From: Actinomycetes bacterium
GTDB taxonomy: Bacteria; Actinomycetota; Acidimicrobiia; Acidimicrobiales; Ilumatobacteraceae
Reading direction: 5' to 3'
Assembly: GCA_031413195.1 (NCBI GenBank)
Contig: JANOEM010000147.1
Location: 1-39,810, forward strand
DNA length: 39,810 nucleotides
Positions 16,372-25,295 of this stretch are shown one piece after another. Position 1 is the first letter of the stretch. The number at the start of each line of letters is the position of its first letter. A program made the translations under genes and the position numbers. The notes under the pieces are model-generated. The model had not been told where the DNA came from and did no database searches. It saw nothing but the letters and a program-made list of their open reading frames with translations.

Positions 16372-16434
16372 AACGGCAACGGCAACGGCAACGGATGAGC
16401 GGCTCGGTCGGCGGATGAGCGGCTCGGTCGGCGG
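16372..16434. repeat. Two adjacent microsatellite-like arrays: (aacggc) x about 4, then a perfect 20-bp unit atgagcggctcggtcggcgg x 2
   Basis: Read directly: the hexamer array is at 16372-16394; the 20-mers are at 16395-16414 and 16415-16434. The hexamer array is complementary to ccgttgccg at about 16468-16476. Confidence 0.9.
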
Positions 16435-16484
16435 GAGTGCGACGGCCTTGGTCTGGCGAGTGTCCGCCGTTGCCGATGCCCGTT

Positions 16485-16507
16485 CAATAGTCAGGAAGTG
16501 ACTATTG
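16485..16507. promoter_or_regulatory. Perfect 9-bp inverted repeat CAATAGTCA-ggaag-TGACTATTG; operator candidate 8 nt upstream of the modA start
   Basis: The arms at 16485-16493 and 16499-16507 are exact reverse complements. They sit in an A/T-richer patch immediately before GTG 16515. Confidence 0.5.
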
Positions 16508-16514
16508 TGGCACG

Positions 16515-17321
16515 GTGCGGCCTGATCGTCATGGACATCGTCTCAATCGCAGCGGATTACTGACGCTGCTCGTACTCGTCGTTGTGTCGTGCGGGTCGGA
16601 GACGAACGGGCCAAGGTCGGCGACGCAGGACCCGACAAACGGTGCCAACGGGGGCATCGTCGTGTTCGCCGCCTCGTCGTTGACCGAGGCGTTCACTGAT
16701 ATCGGCGGTGCCTTCTCGGAGCAGAACCCGGGCGCGACCGTAACGTTCAACTTCGCGGGCTCGAGTGATCTCGTCGCGCAGATCGCCCAAGGGGCGCCGG
16801 CAGACGTCTTCGCATCGGCTGACGAATCGAACATGACGAAGCTGATCGAGGCGGGCCTCGCCGCCGGCAACCCGGTTCCGATCGCCGAGAACACCTTTGC
16901 GATCATCGTCGAGACGGGCAACCCACAGGGTGTGGCCACCGTTGCTGACCTCGACAATCCGGAGCTCATCGTCGTGCTGTGCTCCACGGCGGTGCCCTGC
17001 GGTCGAGGCGCAGAAACCATCCTCGCCAACGCAGGCGTCACTGTGAACCCGAAGAGTCTGGAGACGAACGTGAAGGGTGTCGTGACCAAGGTGGCTGCGG
17101 GGGAAGCAGACGCTGGCATCGTGTTCGTCACCGATGTCGACGCTGCCGGTGCAGATGCCGCGGGCATCGCTCTTCCAGCAGACATCAACGCGATCAGCGC
17201 GGCGTCGATGGTGCTCACCGATGCTTCCCGGAATCCGGATGCGGCGCGCGACTTCGTCGAGTTCGTCGCTGGTCCCACCGGCCAATCGATCCTCGCCTCA
17301 TACGGGTTCATGTCGCCGTGA
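16515..17321 (+). CDS. modA: Molybdate ABC transporter substrate-binding lipoprotein
   Basis: Signal plus lipobox LLVLVVVSCGS. IVVFAASSLTEAF...TFNFAGSSDLVAQI...ADVFASAD...GEADAGIVFVTD is the ModA anion-binding pattern. GTG start. Confidence 0.9.
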   Translation: MRPDRHGHRLNRSGLLTLLVLVVVSCGSETNGPRSATQDPTNGANGGIVVFAASSLTEAFTDIGGAFSEQNPGATVTFNFAGSSDLVAQIAQGAPADVFASADESNMTKLIEAGLAAGNPVPIAENTFAIIVETGNPQGVATVADLDNPELIVVLCSTAVPCGRGAETILANAGVTVNPKSLETNVKGVVTKVAAGEADAGIVFVTDVDAAGADAAGIALPADINAISAASMVLTDASRNPDAARDFVEFVAGPTGQSILASYGFMSP

Positions 17322-18148
17322 AGGACAGGTTGCGCAAGGTGGGGCGAGTCAGGCTGCCGCGGCCGATCATCGCTCTTGCTGCGGTGACCGTTATGTTCTT
17401 CGCGCTCCCGCTCGTCGGCTTGATCTGGCGCGCGCCGTGGTCGAACGCGTGGGGCTACCTCACCGACGACGCGGCACTCACCGCGCTGCGGCTTTCTCTT
17501 GTCTGCTCGTTATGGGCGACCCTGTTGTCAATCGTGTTTGGCGTGCCGCTCGCATGGGTGCTCGCGCGGGTGGACTTCCCGGGAAGAGCCGCCGTGAGGG
17601 CATTGTGCGTCTTGTCGATGGTCCTTCCGCCTGTCGTCGGCGGTGTTGCGTTGTTCTTCGCGCTCGGCCGTCGAGGTCTGGTCGGACAGTGGTTGGATCG
17701 ATGGTTCGACATCCAACTGCCATTTACGACGGCCGGCGTCGTGATCGCCCAGACCTTCGTTGCGATGCCCTTTCTGATCGTCACCGTCGAGGCTGCGCTG
17801 CATCAGATGGACAGCCGCTTCGAGGACGCCTCACGAACGCTCGGCGCGTCGCGCTGGTATACGTTCCGGCGGGTCACTGTGCCGGCGATTCGACCAGCGC
17901 TGATCGCAGGCGCTGTGCTCGCCTGGGCCCGGGCGCTCGGTGAATTCGGTGCAACGGTGACCTTTGCGGGCAACTTCCCGGGTACCACCCAGACCTTGCC
18001 GCTGTCGGTCTATCTGGCGCTCGAGACGAACCCGGAGCAGGCAATCGTGCTCGCACTGGTATTGATCGCGATCTCGTTCGCGGTGCTGGTCGGTCTGCGC
18101 GATCGATGGTTCGGCGACCGGATCCGGCGGGCCACGGTGTCCGCATGA
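17318..18148 (+). CDS. modB: Molybdate ABC transporter permease
   Basis: GTG 17318 overlaps the modA stop (GTGA). The 276-aa product has multiple TM helices and the EAA-type loop EDASRTLGASRWYTFRRVTVPAIRPAL. The upstream part of the track ORF (from 16979) overlaps modA and is Arg-rich noise. Confidence 0.9.
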   Translation: MKDRLRKVGRVRLPRPIIALAAVTVMFFALPLVGLIWRAPWSNAWGYLTDDAALTALRLSLVCSLWATLLSIVFGVPLAWVLARVDFPGRAAVRALCVLSMVLPPVVGGVALFFALGRRGLVGQWLDRWFDIQLPFTTAGVVIAQTFVAMPFLIVTVEAALHQMDSRFEDASRTLGASRWYTFRRVTVPAIRPALIAGAVLAWARALGEFGATVTFAGNFPGTTQTLPLSVYLALETNPEQAIVLALVLIAISFAVLVGLRDRWFGDRIRRATVSA

Positions 18149-19200
18149 CTCTTGAAGCCGCGATCAAGGTCCAGGTCGGGACGCTCGATCTCGATGTCGA
18201 ACTTGACGTACGAGCGGGAGAACTGCTGGCATTGCTCGGGCCGAACGGAGCAGGCAAAACCACCGTTTTGCGATGTCTCGCCGGGATGATGCCGATCGAC
18301 GCCGGCCGGATCGTCGTCGACGGGTCGGTCCACGACGACCCTAGCGACGACACCTTCGTTCAGCCGGAGAACCGATCTGTCGGTTTCGTGTTCCAGGACT
18401 ACCTGCTGTTCGAGGGCATGTCCGTACTCGAGAACGTCGCGTATGGTCTCAGGGCGCGCAACGTTCCGAAAGCCGATGCTCGCAGAGTCGCCCGCGGTTG
18501 GATCGACCGTGTCGGCCTTGTTGGCTACGAGGACGAGCGCCCGGCTTCGCTTTCCGGGGGCCAAGCGCAACGCGCCGCTCTGGCGCGGGCGCTTGTCACC
18601 GACCCCCGTTTGTTGTTGCTCGACGAACCGCTCGCTGCGCTGGACGTCGGCACGAGAAGCACGGTCCGGCGGGAGTTGCGTCGCCATACCGAGTCGTTCG
18701 ACGGGATGACGGTTCTGGTCACCCACGACCCGGTCGATGCCTATGCGCTTGCCGATCGTGTCGCGATCCTCGACGCGGGCCGAGTCGTCCAGACCGGCAC
18801 TCTTGCCGAGGTAACGGCCCACCCTCGATCGCGCTACGTGGCGGACCTCGTCGGTGTCAATCTCGTGCCCGGTGTCGTAGCCGATGGTGTGCTCACCGCA
18901 CGGGGCGGGACGCTGGTCGTCATCGCGGATGCTGCGCCGGGTCTTTCGTTCGCCGTCATCCGGCCGCACTCCGTAGTCCTCGTGCGAGAGGCACCCACCG
19001 GGACCAGCGCGCGGAACATCTGGACCGGCACGATCGCTGATATCGATCGTCTCGGCGATCGAGTCAGGGTTCGTGTCGACGGTGAACTGCCGCTCGTTGC
19101 CGAGATCACGGCCGCCGCTCTCGAAGCTCTGCAGCTTTGTCCGGGTGACATCGTTCATTCGTCCGTCAAGGCGACCGATATCGAGGTGTACCCGGCGTGA
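18145..19200 (+). CDS. modC: Molybdate ABC transporter ATP-binding protein with a C-terminal TOBE domain
   Basis: ATG 18145 overlaps the modB stop (ATGA). Walker A GPNGAGKTT, signature LSGGQAQR, Walker B LLLLDEP, H-loop VTHD. The C-terminal ~110 aa are a TOBE-like beta domain (NIWTGTIADIDRLGDRVRVRV). Confidence 0.9.
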   Translation: MTLEAAIKVQVGTLDLDVELDVRAGELLALLGPNGAGKTTVLRCLAGMMPIDAGRIVVDGSVHDDPSDDTFVQPENRSVGFVFQDYLLFEGMSVLENVAYGLRARNVPKADARRVARGWIDRVGLVGYEDERPASLSGGQAQRAALARALVTDPRLLLLDEPLAALDVGTRSTVRRELRRHTESFDGMTVLVTHDPVDAYALADRVAILDAGRVVQTGTLAEVTAHPRSRYVADLVGVNLVPGVVADGVLTARGGTLVVIADAAPGLSFAVIRPHSVVLVREAPTGTSARNIWTGTIADIDRLGDRVRVRVDGELPLVAEITAAALEALQLCPGDIVHSSVKATDIEVYPA

Positions 19201-19736
19201 GAACGACGAAGGAGCAGCTCCTCGTCGGCGAATGGGCGTGTCTGGGAATTCTGTACCAGGGGCCGACCCACGGCTTCGCGATCGCAGCGCGTCTCAAGCC
19301 GTCGGCTGACATCGGTCGGGTGTGGACGATGTCTCGGCCGTTGACGTACCGATCGCTCGAGCAGTTGACCATTCGCGGCTACATCGCTGCGGTTCGCGAG
19401 GAACCGGGCAAGGCCGGAGGGAATCGCACCCTTCTCGCTGCGACCGCTGACGGACGAGCTCAACTCCGTGCGTGGCTGACAGCGCCGGTGAACCACTTGC
19501 GTGACATCCGCAGCGAACTCCTCCTCAAGGTGACTCTTGCCGACCTTTGCTCAATCGACATCTCCGAGATGCTGCAGAAGCAGCAACTGCAGGTGGAGCA
19601 GATGGCGGCAGAACTGGCCGAAGTTGGCGAGGAGGCGCCCGGCGATGTCGTGTCGATGTGGCGGACCGAGGCGTCGATCGGAGCTGCTCGGTTTCTCCAA
19701 CGGCTCGTGGCCAGTCGCAGTGCCGAGTCGTCGTAA
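19197..19736 (+). CDS. PadR family transcriptional regulator, last gene of the mod operon
   Basis: GTG 19197 overlaps the modC stop (GTGA). The winged-helix region ACLGILYQGPTHGFAIAARL...VWTMSRPLTYRSLEQLTIRGYI...RTLLAATADGRAQLRAWL is the PadR signature. Confidence 0.8.
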   Translation: MRTTKEQLLVGEWACLGILYQGPTHGFAIAARLKPSADIGRVWTMSRPLTYRSLEQLTIRGYIAAVREEPGKAGGNRTLLAATADGRAQLRAWLTAPVNHLRDIRSELLLKVTLADLCSIDISEMLQKQQLQVEQMAAELAEVGEEAPGDVVSMWRTEASIGAARFLQRLVASRSAESS

Positions 19737-19745
19737 CAGTGCTGG

Positions 19746-21467
19746 TCAGACGACTTGCAACCCGATCAACGACTCATCGGGAAGATCGAACCAACGGAGA
19801 TGCTCGAACTCGGCCGACAGTGCACCGGGGTGGGGGCTGGTCTGATTCCACGACGGGGCGGAAGCAAACTGCAGGCGGGCCGCTTCGAGGTAGGACGCAA
19901 GCGCCGTCTCCGGCGCCCGAACGCGATCGATCGGAGGACGCACCAATTCTCCGGTGGCCGAGTCGTACGACAGGTGCGACAGCCTCAATGGTGGTTCGAC
20001 AGGCCCGCGGTGGTGCCGCCACAATCCGGTGGCCGGATTGAATTGATACTCGGGCAGCAACTTCCACCCGTGCTCGGCGACGAGATCGACTGCATCCACC
20101 AGATAGCTGAACACCGTTTCGGAGATGAAGTAGTTGAAGCTGACTCGCGTCCAGCCCGGCTTGATCCCTTCGCAGCCCTGGGTGATTTCGTGCTCGAACT
20201 CGTGTGAGCGGGCGAGGTCTATACCGAGTAGGCGGTGACCGTAGGGCCCGGCGCACGAACATCCGCCACGAGATTGGATGCCGAACAGATCGCTGAGCAG
20301 GGCAACGACGAAGTTGTGGTGCAGGTACCGGCCGTGCGGGCGACGAACGACGAACGACAGGATCGAGAGGCGTTCGGAGTGGGTGTTGCCGAGAACCTGG
20401 ATCGCGGGGTTTGCCGACCAGGCCGCGACGGCCCGCTTCCAGTAGGACTCCTCGTGGTCCCTGATCGTCGCGACGCCAACGGCCTGCTTGAGCTGGAACA
20501 CCATCCCAGCCCGGATCGATTCGATGATCGCGGGCGTACCACCCTCTTCGCGGTGAACAGGATCGTCGAGGTAGCGGTGCTCGGTGGGGTTGACGTAGGC
20601 AACCGTGCCGCCGCCGACCACATCGGGGACCCGGTTGTGGAGCAATGATCGACGCACCACCAAGACCCCTGGCGTACCGGGGCCACCGACGAACTTGTGC
20701 GGGCTGAGGAAGACAGCATCCTTCTGGGACAGCGGGTGTTCGACGCAGTGGGGGTACATGTCGATGTCGACATACGGCGCTGCAGCCGCGAAATCCCAGA
20801 ACGACAGTGCACCGTTGCGGTGCAGCAGATCTGCGATCGCACAGGTGTTGGACACGATGCCAGTCACGTTGGATGCTGCCGAAAAGGATCCGATCTTCAT
20901 CGGGCGCGCCGCGTATCGCTCGAGTTCCACTTCGAGGCAGGAGAGATCTATGTGTCCGTCTGCGTCTTCGGGAATCGTGACCACATCGGCTATTGATTCG
21001 CGCCACGGAATCTCGTTCGAGTGGTGTTCGAACGGTCCAACGAAGACCACCGGACGGAGTTCGGCTGGGATGTGCTGCGAAAGCTGGAACTGGTCGTCGA
21101 GGTCGGCCGGTAGCCGCAAATTCATGATCCCGACCAGCTTGTTGATCGCCGCCGTAGACCCTGACCCGCAAAAGATCACGCAGGTCTCGTCGTCGCCGTT
21201 CACGGCGTCGTGGATGATCGTGCGGGCATCTTCTCGCAACCTGGTCGTCTGCAGCCCGGTGCCAGACGACTCGGTGTGGGTGTTCGCGTACCGGGGAAGT
21301 ACTTCCTCGCGGATGAAGTCCTCGATGAAGCTCAATGCCCGGCCCGAAGCCGTGTAGTCGGCATAGGTGATCCGGTGAGGACCGTACGGACCGTCCATCA
21401 CCTGGTCGTCGCCGATCACCGACTCTCGAATTCGTCGCAGAAGTGGGGTCTCGACGGTTTCAATCAC
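19746..21467 (-). CDS. Aminotransferase class V-fold PLP-dependent enzyme (long, ~570-aa form; cysteine-desulfurase/lyase-like)
   Basis: YADYTASGRAL...ANTHTESSGTG...VIFCGSGSTAAINK, and the PLP-lysine block VFLSPHKFVGGPGTPGVLVV. Confidence 0.8.
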   Translation of the reverse strand: MIETVETPLLRRIRESVIGDDQVMDGPYGPHRITYADYTASGRALSFIEDFIREEVLPRYANTHTESSGTGLQTTRLREDARTIIHDAVNGDDETCVIFCGSGSTAAINKLVGIMNLRLPADLDDQFQLSQHIPAELRPVVFVGPFEHHSNEIPWRESIADVVTIPEDADGHIDLSCLEVELERYAARPMKIGSFSAASNVTGIVSNTCAIADLLHRNGALSFWDFAAAAPYVDIDMYPHCVEHPLSQKDAVFLSPHKFVGGPGTPGVLVVRRSLLHNRVPDVVGGGTVAYVNPTEHRYLDDPVHREEGGTPAIIESIRAGMVFQLKQAVGVATIRDHEESYWKRAVAAWSANPAIQVLGNTHSERLSILSFVVRRPHGRYLHHNFVVALLSDLFGIQSRGGCSCAGPYGHRLLGIDLARSHEFEHEITQGCEGIKPGWTRVSFNYFISETVFSYLVDAVDLVAEHGWKLLPEYQFNPATGLWRHHRGPVEPPLRLSHLSYDSATGELVRPPIDRVRAPETALASYLEAARLQFASAPSWNQTSPHPGALSAEFEHLRWFDLPDESLIGLQVV

Positions 21468-21507
21468 GATCCCAACCTATCCGGCTTCCGGGACCCGGGA
21501 CCTGCGG

Positions 21508-21909
21508 TCACAACGCCGACAAGGCCGCCCGGATGCTCGCAGCGGCCGCTTCCAGGTCGGCCGGATCAACCGAGGCGGCCGCGTTCGCGAATGAAAGTTG
21601 ACCCATGTTCGTCGTTGGAATGAGGTGGATGTGGGCATGGGGCACCTCGTAGCCAGCGATGATCAGACCGACTCGATCACAATCGAATGCGTTCCGCTGG
21701 GCCAAGCCGATCCGATGGCTGATCGAGAACAGGTGCGCCGAAAGTTCCGGCGCGCAATCGACCCAATGATCGACTTCCTCGATCGGCACGACAAGGGCAT
21801 GACCGACGGCCATTGGGTTGATCGACATGAATGCAACGCACAGGTCGTCGCGATGGACGAAGGTCCCCGGGATCTGGCCGGAGATGATTCGGCTGAAGAT
21901 GGTGGTCAC
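21508..21909 (-). CDS. HIT family (histidine triad) nucleotide hydrolase/transferase
   Basis: GTG 21909 gives 133 aa, VTTIFSRIISGQIPGTFVHRDDLCVAFMSINPMAVGHALVVP ... with the histidine triad HAHIHLIP. The longer track ORF (to 22119) would overlap the divergent gene and is trimmed. Confidence 0.85.
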   Translation of the reverse strand: MTTIFSRIISGQIPGTFVHRDDLCVAFMSINPMAVGHALVVPIEEVDHWVDCAPELSAHLFSISHRIGLAQRNAFDCDRVGLIIAGYEVPHAHIHLIPTTNMGQLSFANAAASVDPADLEAAAASIRAALSAL

Positions 21910-21955
21910 GTCGCGAACCTGGTCGTTGGGGTAGCCATGGCCCGACTGTAGGCGG

Positions 21956-22654
21956 ATGTACGATTGGCGCGTGACGTCGGAACCGGTTCCCAACACAGAT
22001 GTCACCTCGGACTCCGTCTCTGACCCAAACCCTGACGATGGCGCACATGTCGGCCCGGTTTCCACCGATCGCATCTTCACCATCCCGAACATCATGTCGA
22101 TGATTCGCCTCGCGTGCATCCCGTTGTTCCTCTACCTGCTGTTCGGGCGCGATAACCCAGCGGGGGCAGCGTTCCTGCTCGGCGGACTCGGTGCAACGGA
22201 TTGGATCGACGGGTACATCGCCCGCCGTTACAACCAGGTCAGCGAACTCGGCAAGATCCTCGACCCCACCGCCGATCGGCTGATGTTCATCGTTGCTCTC
22301 GCCGGAATGATCATCGCCGAAGCCGGGCCGGTCTGGTTCTACTGGTTGGTTGCGATTCGCGAGGTGCTGTTCGGCCTCACCGTGACGATCGCGACCCTCG
22401 CCGGGATGAAGCGGTTCGACGTGACCTACCTCGGCAAGCTCGCGACGTTTCTGTTGATGTTCGCTCTTCCCGGGCTTCTCATCGGTTCGTCCGACCTGTG
22501 GCTGAACACGTTTTTCAACGTCTCCGGATGGCTGCTCGGAATACCGGGGCTCGTCCTCAGCTATTGGACGGCCATCACCTACATCCCTGTCATCCGGACC
22601 AACCTCCGGATCGGTCGGCAGGAACGAGCGGCCAAAGCTGCGGTACAGGCGTGA
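21956..22654 (+). CDS. CDP-alcohol phosphatidyltransferase (PgsA/CDP-DAG-dependent cardiolipin-synthase-like)
   Basis: FTIPNIMSMIRLACIPLF, and the family motif D-G-x2-AR-x8-G-x3-D-x3-D seen as DWIDGYIARRYNQVSELGKILDPTADRL. Multiple TM helices. The start may be downstream of 21956. Confidence 0.85.
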   Translation: MYDWRVTSEPVPNTDVTSDSVSDPNPDDGAHVGPVSTDRIFTIPNIMSMIRLACIPLFLYLLFGRDNPAGAAFLLGGLGATDWIDGYIARRYNQVSELGKILDPTADRLMFIVALAGMIIAEAGPVWFYWLVAIREVLFGLTVTIATLAGMKRFDVTYLGKLATFLLMFALPGLLIGSSDLWLNTFFNVSGWLLGIPGLVLSYWTAITYIPVIRTNLRIGRQERAAKAAVQA

Positions 22655-22685
22655 GTCTCGACCTGATCGAACCCGGTCCGAACTG

Positions 22686-25169
22686 ATGAAGGCCGTCATC
22701 ATGGCAGGTGGCGAAGGCAGCCGGCTTCGTCCGCTGACCTCGAATGCGCCCAAGCCGATGTTGACGATCGCGAACGTTCCGATGATGGAGCACGTCGTCA
22801 ACCTGCTCCGGTTGCATGGTTTCGACGAGATCGTCGTCACCGTTGCATTCCTCGCGAACGCGATCAAGACCTACTTCGGTGATGGCAGCGAGTTCGGGGT
22901 CAAGTTGCACTACACCCACGAGCCTGTCCCGCTCGGGACGGCCGGAAGCGTGGGGAATGCCCGTCACCTCCTCGATGAACGGTTCCTCGTCATCTCCGGT
23001 GACGTGATCACCGATATCGATCTCGGCGCCCTGATGACCTTCCATCACGAGCGCGGAGCGCTCGCGACGATTGCGCTCACCCCTGTCGAGAACCCGCTCG
23101 ACTTCGGCATCGTCATCACCCACGAGGACGGCACGATCGAACGGTTCCTCGAAAAGCCGGCATGGGGTCAGGTGTTCAGCGACACGATCAACACCGGCAT
23201 CTACGTGTTCGAACCCTCGATCTTCGACCACATTCCGACGGGGAGGTCCGTCGACTTCAGCAGCGACGTGTTCCCTGCGTTGCTGGATCAGCGCCGCCCG
23301 TTGCTCGGCTGCGTCGCCGATGGGTACTGGGAAGATGTCGGCACGCTCGACGCCTACCTGCGCGCTCACAAGGACGTGCTCGATCGCAAGGTGCAAGTCT
23401 CTATCCCGGGATTCCTCGTCAACAACGGCATCTGGCTCGGTGAAGGAGCCGAGGTCTCGCCCGACGCGTCGATCGTCGGGCCGGCAGTGATCGGGGCTGG
23501 TTGCATGGTCGAATCAGGCTGCCGCCTGGGGGAGTACACCGTGCTCGGTTCGAACACCCGCCTGCTTCGCGACGTCGAGATCGATCGTTGCGTCCTGCAC
23601 GACAACGTGTACGTCGGATCCGGCACTCGGCTGCGCGGTGCGATCATCGGCCGCGGCGCCAGCATCAGGTCGAACGTCAGCATTGACGAAGGAGTCGTGC
23701 TCGGCGACTCGGTGTTCGTCGGCAACGGAGCCGTTGTTGCGGGAGACGTCAAGGTCTATCCGTTCAAGACGATCGAGGACGGCGCCGTGATCAATACGAG
23801 CATCGTCTGGGAGAGCAAGGGGTCGCGCAGTCTGTTCGGGCGGGATGGTGTCACGGGTCTTTCGAATGTCGACGTAACCCCCGAGCTCGCGGTCAAGCTG
23901 GCGATGGCCTATGGAACGTCGTTGAAGAAGGCGAGCACGGTTGTCACGTCCCGCGACAGCAGCAGGGCCTCGCGGATGTTGAAGCGGGCGATGATGGCCG
24001 GGCTGAACGCGACAGGAGTCGATGTCTTGGACCTCGAGGTCGCAAGCGTGCCCGTGACCCGCTTCCTCACTCGATCACCGCGTGCGTTCGGCGGCCTGAC
24101 GATCCGGTTGCAACACGACGATCCGTCGCGGGTGATCATCCGGTTCTTCGACACATCCGGGTCCGACATCGTCGAAGGTGGCCAACGTTCGATCGAGAGA
24201 CTGTTCCAGCGCGAGGACTTCCGACGAGTGCTCGCCGAGGAGATCGGCGACATCGAGTTCCCGCACCGGGCACTCGAGGAGTACACGGTCGCGCTGGAGG
24301 CCACGGTCGCTACCGATGCAATCCGGGGCCACGCGTTCAAGCTGGTCGTGGACTACAGCTTCGGCGCGACGTCGCTGGTGATGCCGACCTTGCTCGGCAA
24401 ACTCGGCGCTGATGTCCTTGCCGTGAACCCGTATGTTGCGACGGCCTCACGCGTCGAGTTCGACCCTGTTGCTGCGGCGCAGCGCGTGGCCGGGCTGGTT
24501 CGAGCATCCGGTGCCCACCTCGGTGCGATCCTCGATGCCGACGGGGAACGACTCACGCTGATCGACGACCAGGGACGGGTACTCGACCACACGGTTGCGT
24601 TGCTCGTGTTCGTCGACTTGGTGTGTGATCACCTGGTCGGTGACACGATTGCGCTCCCGGTCAACACCACCCAGCAGGCAACCATTGTTGCCGCCGCTCA
24701 CGGCATCGAAGTGGCATCGACCAAGATCTCCAGCGCCGCGCTGATGGCGGCCGCTGCGAGCCCCGGAGTCGGCTTTGCGGCCGATGGCGCTGGTGGCTAC
24801 ATCCTGCCCGGGTTCCTGCCGGCGTTCGATGCGGCCGGTGCATTGCTGAAGATCCTCGACCTCCTCGCCCGACACGGGAGGGCCTTGGCGGATGTCGTCG
24901 ACGACCTCCCGGTGGTCCATCTCTGTCACGAGACCGTCGCAACACCGTGGGCACAAAAGGGGCTGGTCATGCGCGCCCTGGTGAAGACATCCGGTGCCGA
25001 TGTGGTCCTGATCGATGGGGTCAAGGTCATTGGCCCTGATGGTTGGGTGCTCGCTCTGCCCGATCCGGAACACGCCGTGACACACATCTGGGCCGAGGCC
25101 AACGACGGCCCCGAAGCACTGCGATTGGTCAAGGATTGCTCCCGCCGCATCCGCCAACTCCTGCAGTGA
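22686..25169 (+). CDS. Fused sugar-1-phosphate nucleotidyltransferase (GMPP/GlmU-like, with a left-handed beta-helix) and phosphohexomutase (PMM/PGM) domains
   Basis: The N-terminus MKAVIMAGGEGSRLRPLTSNAPKPML is the nucleotidyltransferase G-loop. Hexapeptide-repeat region at aa ~250-360. aa ~370-827 are alpha-D-phosphohexomutase-like (GVTGLSNVDVTPELAVKLAMAYG ...). Confidence 0.8.
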   Translation: MKAVIMAGGEGSRLRPLTSNAPKPMLTIANVPMMEHVVNLLRLHGFDEIVVTVAFLANAIKTYFGDGSEFGVKLHYTHEPVPLGTAGSVGNARHLLDERFLVISGDVITDIDLGALMTFHHERGALATIALTPVENPLDFGIVITHEDGTIERFLEKPAWGQVFSDTINTGIYVFEPSIFDHIPTGRSVDFSSDVFPALLDQRRPLLGCVADGYWEDVGTLDAYLRAHKDVLDRKVQVSIPGFLVNNGIWLGEGAEVSPDASIVGPAVIGAGCMVESGCRLGEYTVLGSNTRLLRDVEIDRCVLHDNVYVGSGTRLRGAIIGRGASIRSNVSIDEGVVLGDSVFVGNGAVVAGDVKVYPFKTIEDGAVINTSIVWESKGSRSLFGRDGVTGLSNVDVTPELAVKLAMAYGTSLKKASTVVTSRDSSRASRMLKRAMMAGLNATGVDVLDLEVASVPVTRFLTRSPRAFGGLTIRLQHDDPSRVIIRFFDTSGSDIVEGGQRSIERLFQREDFRRVLAEEIGDIEFPHRALEEYTVALEATVATDAIRGHAFKLVVDYSFGATSLVMPTLLGKLGADVLAVNPYVATASRVEFDPVAAAQRVAGLVRASGAHLGAILDADGERLTLIDDQGRVLDHTVALLVFVDLVCDHLVGDTIALPVNTTQQATIVAAAHGIEVASTKISSAALMAAAASPGVGFAADGAGGYILPGFLPAFDAAGALLKILDLLARHGRALADVVDDLPVVHLCHETVATPWAQKGLVMRALVKTSGADVVLIDGVKVIGPDGWVLALPDPEHAVTHIWAEANDGPEALRLVKDCSRRIRQLLQ

Positions 25170-25295
25170 TTCCTGCTGCGATTCCTGCATGATTGCAGTG
25201 CGATTGCTGGGCGGGAGTGGACTCTCAGCCTCAACAACACCTTAATTCCCAACTTTTGTTTCACCGTCGCCTGCGGATTGGCTACCGTTGCGTCC

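Noticed and set aside
16372-16434. Tandem repeats considered as a CRISPR-like array
   Set aside because: The units are contiguous with no spacers, there are only 2-4 copies, and no cas genes are present. This is simple tandem duplication.
18010-19158. 382-aa minus-strand ORF antisense to modC
   Set aside because: It is a shadow ORF. modC on the + strand has complete Walker A/B and signature motifs.
19774-21171. 465-aa ORF in an alternate minus frame of the class-V PLP gene
   Set aside because: It is Arg/Pro-rich nonsense. The 19746-21467 frame carries the PLP-lysine motif.
21910-22119. 70-codon N-terminal extension of the HIT ORF (track start at 22119)
   Set aside because: It would overlap the divergent CDP-alcohol transferase gene. 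HIT proteins begin close to the IFxxII motif, and GTG 21909 fits.
21677-22867. 396-aa minus-strand ORF across the HIT and CDP-alcohol transferase region
   Set aside because: It overlaps three supported genes and has low-complexity Arg/Asp-rich composition.
25170-25295. Possible glycine riboswitch or other leader upstream of gcvH; I also checked upstream of gcvT (28641-28645)
   Set aside because: There are no CCGAAGG(A/G)GCAA cores or CUCUCAGGC elements. Only short gattcctgc/gattgc repeats and a 5-bp hairpin are present. The gcvT gap is only 5 nt.
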